Below are positions 13,695 to 29,188 of a DNA stretch of 64,000 nt, piece by piece (position 1 is the stretch's first letter; each line of letters opens with the position of its first letter). The position numbers and the translations under genes were made by a program. The stretch comes from the human T2T-CHM13v2.0 reference genome, Homo sapiens. The notes under the pieces are model-generated. The model was not told the origin of the DNA. It searched no databases and was given only the letters and a program-made list of their open reading frames with translations. The stretch is from NCBI RefSeq assembly GCF_009914755.1, contig NC_060934.1. One strand, given 5' to 3'.

Positions 13695-16600
13695 GCTCTT
13701 AGTGTGGGTGGTTGGAGGGATAGGAGGCTGGTGTTTCTGTGATGGGTGTTAAATTGTTTGACCTTTCTCCAAATAGATTAACCCATTGCCTGAGTCATGT
13801 TTCTACTCTATAGGCCCATTCTTCCCTAAACCCCTCCCGCAACACACACATATAGAGAGGCCCCAAATTACCATAGCAAGCCTAGGTAACTCAGCTTCAG
13901 TGTGCCTCTTTTCCTTGGCTTCCTGAGCTCAGAGAGGTTAAGGAGCAAAGCTGTCAACCAACCTTGAAGCCATGCCTTCGGTGGCTGTCCTTGAGTACTG
14001 CAGATGCATGGATTTTCATCAACCCCTTTCTGGTTGGGGATTACCTATTCCTGGACCACCCCACCAGTAAGGAAATGCACTTTAGCATAATTGGTCCAGC
14101 TGCATCTCTGAGCAGTATTCACCACCCAGAAAATTTAATAAAGTAAGTCATGTCCTCTTCTTCTCTCTTTGGAACTTCTCTTAATTAAAATTATGCCTAC
14201 TGCAAGATAAGAACAATGGAGAGGTGAGATTTGGGCAGTGGCCCATCCTGTGCATCATTTTCTCATTAAAAACTTTTAGGGAAAAGCTCAAATGTCTTCA
14301 CAATTCAGAATTCATTGAAGCAATTTGGACATCTCAATCTCCTTTCCTTTGCCTTCATGGATATCATGCAGGGAGAAGAAAAATGAGAAAAATGAATGAT
14401 GAGTGAATAAACAATGCTAAATCCAAGTTAAGAAGAAGGATATTTAAACATGAAAGGCACAAGTTGTGATGAAGGAACGTGTGTAGGTGAAATTAGCCCT
14501 GACTTCCAAGTGCTTTGATCAGTCTGAGGATTGGAAAACTTCTAAGGGCATGAAATACCTGTGCCAGAGTGGCGTCCTGGAAGGGAGAGAGTGATTCAAC
14601 TCCAGGCTGCCTGTCAGAGATGTTCCAGTCTCTCCTCACTTGTGATGCTTCTATAGAGTTTTCACATGAGAGCAGGCTGTCACCATTTGGGAAGAGAAGG
14701 CATCCTCTTGCTAACTCCTCCTCCCTTTGATGCCTGCAGAACTTGGCCATTAAAATCTGCCTTGGGCTAAAACTCAGCAGGCAAGTTTCCAGTCAGAGAA
14801 CAGCTTTGACAAATTTTAATAAAATTTAATAAAACCTAGTTCTGATTGGCAATAGAGGATTTGAGTTAGGGAAAAGTTTACCTATGTGTTTAGGTAGACA
14901 TGTGGGATGGCCACACTTTCACTGTGGAATGCTACATAGTAGTAACTCTGGCCTGTTGGCATTTTGTTCACAACTGCTGGTGTCTTTGATCCAAGAATCA
15001 CACGGGGAATTGGGAGTTTTCTTAGGCATTGTTAAGGCATTTATAATGTCCTAGGTTTGGGTGAATTTTGTAAACTTCAGTATTGTTCTGTACCAGCTAG
15101 CTAAAGAGGTTTAAAAGCTTTAAACAAAAATAAAGGGCAAAAGGTATTTCAAAGTGTTTATTTAAAGCGAGGCATTTGGTTGAGTTTGGTTTTAAATTAA
15201 TAGAATAATTGCATTGTTTGGAAACACAAAAATGCTTTCTTTTAAAAACTTAACTTTGTTACATTTATCTGCTCTAGAAGATTCTTAGTAGTTAAAGAAG
15301 GTTGGCTTACTTCTGAATATGGGTGGCATGCATACCTCTATGCCTATCATAAAGAGATGTGGTTGTGGTTGTACTTCATTCAAAAACACAGAAAAAACAT
15401 CAGAGTGCCTCAAAATAATCAATCCATTCAATGCCTTTTGCCACTCTCCTTCTACATGCCTACACCACACAGGGGATCTGCAAGTGGCAATCTTGCCACT
15501 TACGATTCGTTAGGAACTATAGCTATTCACAGTGTAGCTCCATCCATTTGTCCTAAATATGGACATGTCCCATCACCTTACAGAGAATAATTGAAAGCTT
15601 CTTCTCTAACAACTTAGCCTTACCGAAAAGCTTATCAAAAAGGTTATTACATAGAGAAACAACCAGTTGGCATATGCAATAAAGACCCTCCAAGTGCTTC
15701 CTTCAGGTATGCCTTATTGATAGATGTATTTTGTCGGCAAAGACTGAAAGGTCCCCACAAAAAAGTCTCATTTGTGCCCTGTTCTCCTTAGCCCAGTTGT
15801 TCATTTCATTAAGGTCATAGAGAGACATGTTCCGAGAATGCTATGCAAATTATCTAAAATTAGTGTAAGGCTATTTTCACCCTGCCAACCCCCTACTCTA
15901 CTGATGCTAAATATATATTTATATATATACATATACAAAGCAGAGACTATAAGTAGCCTAGCTCCCATGAATGCCTGCAGCCTAATACCAGTGAAGAAAA
16001 TATATTTGCTAAGTATTTGTCTTTTCATCTAGAACTATTCAAATGCCATTTGATCCTTTTGGAATCCAAACGGGTATAGTAACATTAAAGTTTATTTTCT
16101 TGCTTTTTAAAGCACAAAGGAGCCAAATCTATTGTCTTGATTGATCTGTGTTTTCTTGCTGCACCAGCAGATGAATTTTATGTATTTGTGTATTTTGATT
16201 CCATCTCTCCTGGTGTCATAGATACAGGAATATACTTAATCTCTGACATGCATTGCAATGCCAGAGCAACATGGTAGTGAAAGGCTTCCAGGACAAGTTC
16301 TCCTAAAAGCTCATCCTCACAGGTTAGCTCTTCTCCTTAAAAGTGTATACTAACTCCTAAGAGAAAATTTGTTTTTAATGGTTCCTGGGTTTTGTCTCTG
16401 GGAGACTGTTTTGCATGTAAATTCCTTTGGACCAGAGTCAGGAATATCCTTTCTGTGAGCCTTTTGGGTATATTTTCATGGCAGCCAGTTCATTCTGTGT
16501 TAACTAAAGTCTATCAGTTGGTTGATTTTTTTCCATCGTATCCTGAACCAGAAACCTCAAGATCTCACGTGCCCGTTAGTCCCTGCCCAAGACCCAAGGT

Positions 16601-17369
16601 CAGATGATTTCCCACAGAGCCAAATATAGAGAAAACAAAACAAAACTCACTGAGCCCTACTGTAGGAGGAAGAAGAGGAGTGTTCCACTTTCAGAGCAGC
16701 TTAAACTACAGCCTGTGTTCCCACGATGCAGGGAGTATCCCTCCACATTTTGTAAATGTTCCAAAGGGCCATGCCAGGTAATATTTTGCCATCAGGATGC
16801 TCAGCTTGTGGCCTACATTAGATAATGCATAATTCATTCTCTCAGATTGCTTTTGAGCTAGTTGAGAGAGTAAGATATAGACACATAAAATGATTAGTAA
16901 ATTGTTGGCAAACAAGTGCTAATACAGATGTCTGGAGACTAGTTAATGAAATGCAACAAATCTGTGTTTCTAAAACCCCTCAGTTCGTAATGATTGGTCA
17001 TGCTTTCATCTACCATAAACCCAGCATCTCTAGTAATAACCCTTGCTTCCAATTTTAATTCAGCAAGCCTAGTCATGGCTAATTTCTCATTAATCTCCTA
17101 GTCAATGAGATTCTGTTACAGAGGGGCTGAATGACTTTTTAAGATAGACTAGTGGGACCCCAAAAGATACTATGAGCCAACAGTACACTCTATATTCTAG
17201 TTGTTTCGACCTAGAGATGACTATTATGACTCAATAAATCTATTATTGGAAACAAAATATTTTTTAAAGTGACTTACTGTTGTAACTAAGCAAAACCCAC
17301 AAATCCAAAAGTCCTGTGGCCATGGTATCACATGCGGTGAAACGTCAGCTATAGATGTCCACCAAAAAA

Positions 17370-19414
17370 CAGTGTAATGTTCATTTGCACAGTCAAAACA
17401 AACTTTTATTAAATGCTTATCCCATGCCAAGACCAAAGTATACAAGATAAGTGAAAAAAATGGTTAAGAAACATACAAATGAACAAATCAATAAAATGGT
17501 GTGATAATTACTATTAGCAAAAGAATCTAGAAAGTACTAACAGAGTACTTATAGTAAAATGAAAGAGTTTTATAAGGAATCAGGAAAGGCACTCCAGAGA
17601 AGGTGACATTTGATATGGGCCTTAAAAGATGAATAGGAGTTCATGAGAAGTGGCAGCACAGCATATGTTCACAAACCACTATATCTACAGTATCCAATAT
17701 GAAGTTTAGAAGTATGTGAACACATAACACTTCTAAGAGGAGCAATGAGTGGCTTGGCATGGCTGGAAATAAGGACACAGGGAGATTCTGAGGTTAAGAA
17801 AAGACTGTTTTAAGACTGTGAAGGGCCTTACGTGCTCTGCGAAAGAGCAAGTATGGGACTGCTAACTGCTTTTAAGCAGGAGGACGACATGATTAGTATG
17901 TAAAAGATATACAGAAGGAAAGATACGAGGTGGGAAGGGAAGGCCAGTATTCCAATAGCCAGAGAAAGAGGTAATAAGAACCTGAATTATTTATATCTTT
18001 ATTTGTTTGTTGCCTGTTTTCCATCTTGTTTCAGAGGAAACTGAAGGCAGCATCTAAGAATGCATAAAATATGAAGTGGTATAAAATAAGTGTAAAACCA
18101 AAGAAGAATGAAAAACAACGATCAAATGGCTCCATTCGAGATGGGGCACAAATGAAGAGTTAAAAATAAACGTTCTACATATTGGTTAATGATTGCCCAA
18201 GAGAAGTATAACTCACTCTTCTCGGTATTAACCCAAAACAGGAACTTCTCCTAAGTGAAAGAAAGGCTCTGGAAAGTCATGAATAACACCCTCAAAAACT
18301 TCCTTCAGCTAGCTTTGCAGATCTGATTTGGTACAGGGTTAGATTTGATCTGGATGGGCCCTTAAAATCATCCTCCCTTCATGTTGTTTCTCAGGGCTGA
18401 GCACTTGATAAAAACTGGATGGTCCAAAGCTAGAAAGGGCCTCAACTAACAAGGATCTGAAGCTACTCTGTACTCTTATTGATCACAGGTCTTTTATCTT
18501 AGTAGATGATCAATTTAGAAACAGGACCAGTATCTCATGAAAGTTGAAGCTGGCACTCCATAAAAATGGGAATCTCAAGAGAAAACCTGTCCCCACTGGA
18601 AGTGAGTCAAGGGAGAATAGACAGGTAAGAAAGATCTTAAAGGCAGAGGTGATGAGGATGGAGAAGAGAAGATGTTTGAGAAATATTTCCAAGGCACAAT
18701 TAATAGGGCTGTTCACAACTGGATGTGGAAAATGAGAGAAAGAGAAGGCAGAGTTGAAGTCGCACTCAAGTTCTTCACTTGGGCACTTGGATGAATGATA
18801 GTGATAGAAGAAAACAAATAAGAAAGAATGAGTAGGGTTTTTGGAAAAGATGATAGAATTCCATTTTGGTAATGTAATGTTTGAATGAAGGTGTTCCAGA
18901 AGCAATTAGAAATAAAAACCTAAAGCTCAAGCGAGAGGTCTGGACTAAAATTATAAATGGATAAATCACTGAATTCTTGGAACCAGACAAAGACCTAGTA
19001 ATGAAAGAAATCACCCAGGAGAAACCTACAGCATGAAAGAAAAGAAGACAAGAGGAAAAGGGCAAGGGCAGAGGACTGAGGAAAGCACATTGGAGCAGAA
19101 ACAATGAATATTGACAGGACAATAGGAAGTATTGAAAAGGATCAAGAAAATAATTCACAGGTTGAGAACTATGAAAAAGCAATATTGCAGAAGCCTATAG
19201 AGGAAGAGGAGAAGCAAATGGCCAATTGAGCTATCCCTACAAAGGTTTCAAGAGGGATGGGGACCCAAAAGATGCAACATGGCCTTCAGGAATCTTAATC
19301 ATGATGGCTTCCATGGAAGTCATCTAAGATATTAACCCTGGTGGCCTAATACATGAATGCAAGTGGAAGGAGTAGACAAGGTATGCATGGGCTACTCCTA
19401 TAAGAAATCTGGCA
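17370..19414 (-). mobile_element. L2 LINE remnant (continues after 24761)
   Basis: aggaaaggcactccagagaaggtgacatttga...gatgaataggag and other purine-rich reverse-L2 motifs. Confidence 0.65.
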
Positions 19415-19614
19415 ATAAAAGCAAATATAGACAAGTGGGAATACAGCAAACTAAAAATTTTTTATATAGCAAACAAAACAGTCATCAGAATGTAAAATAA
19501 AGGCAACCATGGAATGGGGAAAAATATTTGTAACCCATATAGCTAATAAGGGGTTAATTTCTAAAATATATAAGGAACACCTACAACTCTATAGCAGAAA
19601 AACATATAACCCAA

Positions 19615-19713
19615 TTTTTTTTTTTTTTTTTTTTTTTGAGACAGAGTCTCGCTCTGTCACCCAGGCTGGAGTGCAGTGGCGCGATCTCTGCTCACTGCAA
19701 GCTCCGCCTCCCG
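19615..19713 (-). mobile_element. Severely 5'-truncated AluY (76 bp plus A23 tail)
   Basis: gcaagctccgcctcccg is AluY-diagnostic; TSD tataacccaatttt at 19605-19618 and 19714-19727, followed by AAA (TTTT/AA endonuclease site). Confidence 0.92.
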
Positions 19714-20228
19714 TATAACCCAATTTTAAAATGGGCAAAGGACTTGTATAGACTTTTCTTCAAAGACATACAAATGATTAACAGATATATTAAAAGATAC
19801 TCAACATCATTAATTATCAGGGAAATGTAAATCAAAATTACAATGGGATATTGCCTCACCCTTGTTAGAACGGCTGTAATAAAAAAAAGTAACAAGTATT
19901 AGCAAGGATGTAGAGAAAAGGGAACTCTTGTACACTGTTCTGTACAATGTAAAATGTAAAATGGCCCAGCAGCTATGGAAAACAGTGTATGTAAAATGGC
20001 CCAGCAACTGTAGAAAACAGTATGGTGATTCCTCAAAAAATTAAAAATACAACTACCATATGATCCAGCAGTCCCACTTCTGGGTATATATAAAAAAGAA
20101 ATTGAAATCAGGTCCTCAAAGAGAGATCTGCACTCTCACATTCATGGTAGCATTATTTTCAATAGTCAAGATTTGGAAACAACCCAAATGTCCATCAACA
20201 GATGAATGGATTAAGAAAATGTAATATA

Positions 20229-21818
<1,590 letters not shown>

Positions 21819-21844
21819 AAGAAAATGTAATATATACATACAAT

Positions 21845-24140
21845 CAGAATTAAAATTAAACCGTGTATGAATATCTCAATAGACACAGAAAAAGCATTCA
21901 ATAATATCCAACATAGCTTTGTGAAAAAAAATTCCTAACAAACCAGGCAGCGAAGGAACGTACCTCAAAATAATGAGTCATCTATGACAAGCCCACAACC
22001 AACATCATACTGGATGGGCAAAAGTTGGAAGCATTTCCCCTAAGAACTGAAGCAAGACAAGGATGCCCACTCTCACAACTCCTATTCAACATAGTACTGG
22101 AAGTCCTAGCCAGAGCAATCAAACAAGAGAAAGAAATAAAAGGCATCCAAATAACAAAAAAGAGAAAGTCAAATTATCTCTGTTCACTAACAATATGATT
22201 CTATACCTAGAAAACCCTAAAGAGTCCCCCAAAAGACTCCTAAGCCTTGTATAGACTTTAGTAAAGTTTCATGATACAGAATCAACATACAAAAATCAAT
22301 AGCATTTCTATACACCAATAACATTCAAGCTGAGAACCAAATCAAAAACACAATCACATTGCAATAGACATACACACGCACACACATCTAGAAATATACC
22401 TAACCAAGGAGGTAAAAAACCTCTATAAGGAGAACTACAAGACATTAATGAAATAAATCATAGATGACACAATCATAAATGACACAAACAAATGGAAAAA
22501 CACCCCATGCTCATGGGTGGGAAGAATCACTATCATTAAAATGTCCGTACCACTCAAAGCAATCTACAGATTCAAAGCAATTCCTATCAAATAATCAATG
22601 TCATTTTTCACAGAATTAGAAAAAAAATTCTAAAATTCACATGGAACCAAAAATGAACCCAAACAGCCAAAGCAATCCTAAGCAAAAAGAAAATATTGGA
22701 GGCATTACATTACCTTACTTCAAACTATACTATAAGGTTACAATAACCCAGTGTGCTACTGGTATAAAAATAGACAAATAAACCAATGGAACAGAATAGA
22801 AAACCCAGAAATAAAGCCACACACCTACAACCAACTGATCACTGACTAAAGTTGGCAAAAATAAACAATGGGGAAAGGACATTCTATTTAATAAATGGTG
22901 CTGGGAAAACTGGCTAACCATATGCAGAAGAATGAAATTGCACTCCTATCTCTCCTATCTCTCACCATTACAAAAATTAAGTCCAGATGGATTAAAGACT
23001 TAGATGTGAGATCTCAAACTAAAAAAAAATCTAGAAGAAAACCGAGGAAAAATTATTCTGGACATTAGCCTAGGCAAAGAATTTATGACTAAGTCCTCAA
23101 AGGCAAATGCAACCAAAACAAAGATTGACAAATTAGACTTAATCAAACTAAAAAGCTTCTGTGCAGCAAAAGAAACAATCAACAGAGTAAACAGACAACC
23201 TACAGAATGGGAGAAAATATTTGCACACTATGCATCTGACAAAGAACTAACATCCAGAATCTATACAGAACTTAAATCAACAAGAAAAAAAGCATTAAAA
23301 ATGGGCAAAGAACATGAACAGATACTTCTCAAAGGAAAACATACAAGTGGCCAACAAACATGAAAAAATCCTCAACATCATTAATCATCAGAGAAATGCA
23401 AATTGAAACCACAATGAGATACTATCTCACACACCAGTCAGAATGACTATTATTATTACTAAAAAGAAAAAAAATAGATGTTGGTGAGAATGTGGAGAAA
23501 GGGACCACTTACACAGTATTGGTGGGAATATAAATTAGTTCAGCCCCTGTGGAAAAGCAATTTGGAGGTTTCTCAAAGAACTAAAAATAAAACTACCATT
23601 CAACTCAGCAATCCCATTCCTGGGTATCTACCCAAAGGAAAAGAAACCATTCTACCAGAAAGACACATGCACCCATATGTCCATCACAGCACTATTCACA
23701 ATAGCAAAGACATGGAATTAACTTATGTGCCCATCAATGGTGGATAAGATAAAGAAAATGGGGTACAAATACACCATGGAATACTACACAGTCATAAAAA
23801 AAGAATGAAATCATGTCTTTGCAACAACATGGATAAAGCTGGAAGCCATTATCCTAAGTGAATTAACGCAGAAACAGAAAATCAAATGTCGCATGTTCTC
23901 ATTTGTAAGTGAGAGCTAAACAATGGGTACACATGGACTTAAAGACAGAAACAATAGACACTGTGTACTGCAAAAGAGGGGAGGAAAGGAGCGGGGACAA
24001 GGTTTGAAAAATTACCTATTGGGTACCATGTCCACTATTTGGGTGATGGGTTCAACAGAAGCTCAAACCCCAGCATTATGCAATATATTCATGTAATAAA
24101 CCTACAAATACCCCCTCAATCTAAAATTAAAATTAAAAAA
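21845..24140 (+). mobile_element. 5'-truncated older primate L1 (L1PA16/17- or L1PB-like)
   Basis: Degenerate ORF2 RT and C-terminal sequence; 3'UTR gggtgatgggttcaacagaagctcaaaccccagcattatgcaatat; A-rich tail. Confidence 0.88.
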
Positions 24141-24549
24141 GGAAAATGTGGTACATTCATACATATTACTCAGCCTTTCAAAAGAAGAAAATGCTGCCAT
24201 TTACAACAAAATGAACGAACCTAGAGGACATTACGCTAAGTGAAATACGCTAGTTACAGAATGACAAATACTGCAAGATTCACCTTATATGAGGTATCTA
24301 TCATGGTTAAATTCATAGAAGTAGAGAATACAATAGTGGCTACCAGGGGCTGCAGGATAGAGGAAATTGTTGTTCTATGGGTACAAATTTTCATTTATAC
24401 TAGGTGAATAAATTCTGGAGATCTGCTGTACAAGATAGTGCCTATAGTTATCAATACTGTACTGTCCACTTCAGAATCTGTTAAGATGGTAGATCTCATG
24501 TTAAGTGTTCATACCACAAAACAAATAAACAAACAAAAACACAAAGGGA

Positions 24550-24626
24550 TACAAAGAAACTTTTGGGAGGTGCTGGATATGTCTATTACAAAGAAACTTT
24601 TGGGAGGTGCTGGATATGTCTATTAC
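24550..24626 (+). repeat. Perfect 37-bp tandem duplication
   Basis: tacaaagaaacttttgggaggtgctggatatgtctat x2, then tac. Confidence 0.97.
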
Positions 24627-24931
24627 CTTGACCACCACGATGGTTTCACGGGTGTTTACATATGTTCAAGTTCATCAGATTATCCACATTAAATCTGTGC
24701 TGTTCATTGTATATCAATTGTACCTCAATATAATTCTTGAATAAAAAAAAGAAATCTGACACTGAAATGAGGAATGATAAAAAGGCAGTAATTTGAAGAA
24801 GAGGTAGATTCAGGCAAACATTTTTTATTGGCAGATGTATTAAAACAGGTTACCAAGGTTACTCACAAATAAGTCTGTGAAATTCCTTCTTAAACCCAAC
24901 TAGTATTTCTCTCTTCACAGGAAAGTAGCTC

Positions 24932-25450
24932 TGTGAGTTAGGAAAGCAAGAAGTAACAAACAACAGAGAGCCAAACTAATGTGCTGGCTTTGAGGAAGAG
25001 TGATTTATTTTCCTCACATGAGAAGATCCAGAGGTAGAAGCTGCGGGCTGGGGCAGTGGCTCAACAAAGGAGGGACCCAGACTCTTTCCATCCTTCTGGT
25101 CTGCCACCCTTAAAATGTAGTCATACTTGGTGCTTCATATCTGTCACCTCATAGTTACAAGATGATTGTGGCACCCTGAGGCGGCAATCATTGAAAGAAA
25201 AATGCCTTCTTGTGCAGAACGGAAAAGAAGTAGGAAAGGCAAATGGCAAAAGGAAAATGACTACTGAGTCTGTCCTTTCTCAGGAAAGGAAAAACTTCCT
25301 CAGAGACACCATTCAGATTGCTTCTACACATATTTCAGTGGACACAGTGATGCCCAAAAGCTACTGCTATCCAGAAAGTGACTAGGCAAAAGGGAGTTAG
25401 GAATGAGAATTGGGTCAACCTTCACCAACATTCAGAAGAGTGTTTGCCAC
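24932..25450 (-). mobile_element. MLT1J/K-like MaLR solo LTR
   Basis: gatttattttcctcacatgagaagatccagaggtag, gggacccagactctttccatccttctggtctgcca. Confidence 0.65.
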
Positions 25451-25609
25451 CCTGGTATACAATGAAAAATAGATGAACTACAAAACTAGGGCAAAAAGTA
25501 TAAATTCTTCCTGAAAAACAAACAAGCGTTATTGTCTTGCAATATACAAGGCACTTCCTCCATCTGCCTACTTAATGAAGAAAGTTCCCAGAGACAGAGT
25601 TGAGGAGAG

Positions 25610-26013
25610 CATGTTGGTCTGTTTTGTATTATTATAAAGGGATACCTGAGATAGTAATTTATAATAAATAAAAGAGGTTTATTTGGCTCGTGGTTTTGCA
25701 GACTATACAAGAAGCATAACACTGGCATCTGCATCTGGTGAGGGCCTCAGGCTGCTTCCACTCATGGCAGAAGGCAAAGGGAGAGCAGGGATGTCATATG
25801 GTGAGAGACAGAGCAAGAGAGATGCCAGGCACTTTTAAACAATGCTTTTAAACAACCAGCTCTCATGTGAACTCATTATTGTAGGGAGGGCACCAAGCTA
25901 TTCATGAGGGATCCACTCCCATGACACAAACACCTCCCACTAGGCCCACCTCCAACTTTGGGGATCACATTTCTACATAAGATTTGGAGGGGACAAACAT
26001 CCAAACTCTATCA
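25610..26013 (-). mobile_element. MSTA/MSTB MaLR solo LTR
   Basis: aagaggtttatttggctc, ctggtgagggcctcagg, catggcagaaggcaaaggg, ggggacaaacatccaaactctatca. Confidence 0.88.
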
Positions 26014-27672
26014 AAGAGTGCATGTTAAGAAGACAATTATCATTTCCTTGACTCAGGTAGATAAAAGATCATTATTCCACCACCCTCAGCTTGAAATTTT
26101 ATGCCCTTAGACTGTACCTCCATTCTTCTACTTGTTGCAGACTTCTAAAGACCCGTGGTCACTGCCACTCTCATTTCTTAAAGACTTTATGTCCAGGCTT
26201 AATTACAATCATTGTCTTCATTATTACTCCTGACCTAATTCTTAGTGATTCCAGTATTCAAATAGATGACACTCCGAGAGGTCTTGGTTTCTTGACCTCC
26301 TTCCCTCCAGTGATCTTGTTCTCCACCCTACTTCAGCATCTCTTTCCTGTGGCCACACTTTAGACCTAGTCCTTACCAATAGCCATATCCCTTCCACAAT
26401 TAACCATCTACTTTAACCATCTATTTTATCTTTTTGACCTCCATTTCCTATCTTTCCAACTGTTTCTCTCTAGTGCCTTGACTGAAAATTGTTCCACAGC
26501 AGTAGGACCTAAAATTCATTGGCTCTACCACCCTTTTACTCTCCATAACATTTTCATGGCCTCATTCCTTTACCTTACTCACTTTGTTTAGTTTCACGGT
26601 TAATCAATTACTCGCTTGGGTCCACTTTCAGTTCTCTGTCGTCCCTTCATCTCGCTCAGATGACAAAGGCTAATTCTTATGGAATCCAACTCTCTATCTA
26701 CTTCAGGCCTGTACCCAAAGAGTTGAACACAAGTGGATAAAAATACAACATCGTGAATAGATTCATCTAAAATATGTGACCACTAATCCCAATAAGGCCC
26801 CAAATGCTGCCTGGCAGTCCTACTGCATTTTGCTATTCCATTCACACTTCCATATACCTAGACAACCGTTTTTCCCCTTTTTCCCCTTCCCCAACCGTCT
26901 GACTTCTTTCCCTTATTCATTCTCACACTTAGTTGATGACTATACTTCTTATTCCTCTTGAGAAAACAGCAGCAATCAGAAGAGAAATTCTACAGGCTTC
27001 ATCGCCACATCTACTCACAGTACTCACATACTCCACCTTCCTGCCTGTTCCTATAGGCAAACTCTTAAGGTTCCTGTTTAAGTTTAAGCCCTCTGCTCTT
27101 CCACTAGAAACCACCCACCTCTTGTCTACACAAAGACATCACTCAACAAGGCTCTGTCTCACTTGAATCATTCGTGTTTCCTCTTTTTAAAAATCATTTA
27201 TATCAGCATTCAAAAGTGCTGATATTTCTCTCATCTTATCAAACTTTTTTGATTCCCATATTTCTCTCCAGCAATCATTCAAATTTTATGTTTCCCTTTG
27301 AGAAAACTTTCTGAAAGGACTTTCCTACTCCCAGTATCTCTAATTCTTCTGTCCTTATTCATTTTTAAACCTATTTCAATAAGACTTTTTCCCCAACCAT
27401 TTGGCCAAAACTCTTCTAGATTACCAATGACTTCCAAGTTGCTAAATCTGTGGTCAACTCTCAGGCCTCATCATACATGACCTATAAGCGGCATGTAACA
27501 GAGACACACTCCTCCTCTTTGAAACACTTTCTTCCCTTGGCTTTAGGGACATCAAACCCTCCTGGGTTTCCTCCTAACTTACTGATTGCTCTCCTTGGCT
27601 GATTCTTTCTCCTCCTTATACAGATCCTAAGCATTAGGTTGCTCCAGGTCACAACCATCAAGACTCATCTCT

Positions 27673-27976
27673 GGCCAGACATGGTGGCTCACATCTGTAA
27701 ATCCTAGCACTTTGGGAGACCACGGTGGGAGGATTGCTTGAGGCCAGGCATTTGAGACCATCCTGGGCAACATAGCAAGACTCCATCTCTACAGAATTTT
27801 AAAAATGAGCTGGGCATGGTGAGGTATGCCTGTAGTCCCAGCTACTCAGGAGGCTGAGGTGGGAGGATCACTTGAGCCCAGGAGTTGAAGGTTGCAGTGA
27901 GGAGCTAGAATCACAAATCTGTATGCCAGCCTAGGTAATTGAGTAAGATCTCATCTCAAAAACAAAAGCCAAAAAA
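27673..27976 (+). mobile_element. AluJ SINE
   Basis: ggaggattgcttgaggccagg...ctgggcaacatagcaagac AluJ diagnostics; flanking ctcatctct repeat. Confidence 0.92.
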
Positions 27977-29127
27977 TCCTCATCTCTTCGTGTAACACTT
28001 TCCAGGATGACACTGTCATCCAGTCACATGGCCTCAATGCCAAGTATAGATTCGTGATTCCTAACTTTGTATTTCTAGCCAGGACATCTCCTCACCCCTT
28101 CAGGCTCCCCACACCTCCAGCTGCCTACATGACATTTCTGCCTGGGTATGTAATCATCATTTCAATTATAAGATGTCCAAACACTAAATCTGACCTTCCC
28201 CATCTCTCCTCCATGACCCCCTGCCTATATTCCTACCTCAGAGGAAAGCAACTCCAGGCTTCCAGTTGCTGAGTCCAAAAATCTCATAGTCATTCTTGCC
28301 TGACTCCTTTGCTCATATCCAATCTACCAGCAAATCCTGTTTGCTCTGCCTTTAAAACCTCTCTAGGATCTATCCACTTCCCACTGCCTTCACTGTTGCT
28401 ACTCTGGTTCAAGCCACCATGATCTCTTGCCTGAATTCTTGGCATAGCCTCCTAACTGGACTTCCTGGTCCCACCCTTCTCGCTCTTTTGTATACTCAAT
28501 GCAAAAGTCTAGGTGATCACGTCTATCCTCTCCAACAAATTATTATCTCACTCAGTGTAAAAGCCAAAATCCTGCAGGGACTTAAAGCCCCTACATCAAA
28601 AAGTATTTACCTGCATTGTGATCTGAACCTCTTGGGAAGACTGCTGAAGTCTATAGAGTCTTTCTCAGAATGCATAAAAGTAGATACATGGAATTAGAAA
28701 AGAAACCAACTATATTAAATACATTGAACAAAGATTAAGTAAATCCAAATTTGTGATTTATCGACACATGAGCTTCATTATTACACTAAATAACAATTCC
28801 TAGCAGACGCCAGGAGAGACCTTGATGTGAACAATCTGGTCCCCATCACCTCTCTGACCTCAGCTCCTACTACTCTGTTGTCCAGTCACTCGGCTCAGGC
28901 TACACTAGCTTCTCTGCTGGTCTACCAAGCATGCCTCAGTGACTTTGCAGGTGCTGCTCCACAAACATCTGCATAGATTATTACTGCATCTCCTTCATTT
29001 CTCTGATCAAATGTCACCATGCCTGTGATGCCTTCCCTGGCAACTTTCCTCTCTTACACAAACCTGCTACGACCTTGCCTGCTTTATTTTTCTTCTTAAC
29101 ATTTATGACCACCTACGAGATAGATAG

Positions 29128-29188
29128 ATTGCAACTCCGCATACGACGCAATGGTACACCTTGAAATGATGTGGGGAGTTGCAATTCC
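29128..29188. repeat. Patchwork insertion of three copies of 30876-30904
   Basis: 29128-29144 is the exact reverse complement of 30885-30901; 29148-29156 equals 30879-30887; 29160-29188 matches 30876-30904 at 25/29. Confidence 0.9.

Noticed and set aside
15278-15706. Possible exon or processed pseudogene (overlapping ORFs, ctctag acceptor, cag|gtatgc donor) and 9-bp hairpin aagtggcaa-tc-ttgccactt at 15482-15501
   Set aside because: No recognisable protein in any frame, no poly(A) or TSD; a short palindrome alone is weak evidence
16241-16266. Palindrome gcattgcaatgc with ctctg/cagag flanks; similar ttcataag-tgc-cttatgaa near 36263
   Set aside because: Short inverted repeats of this size are expected by chance in 64 kb
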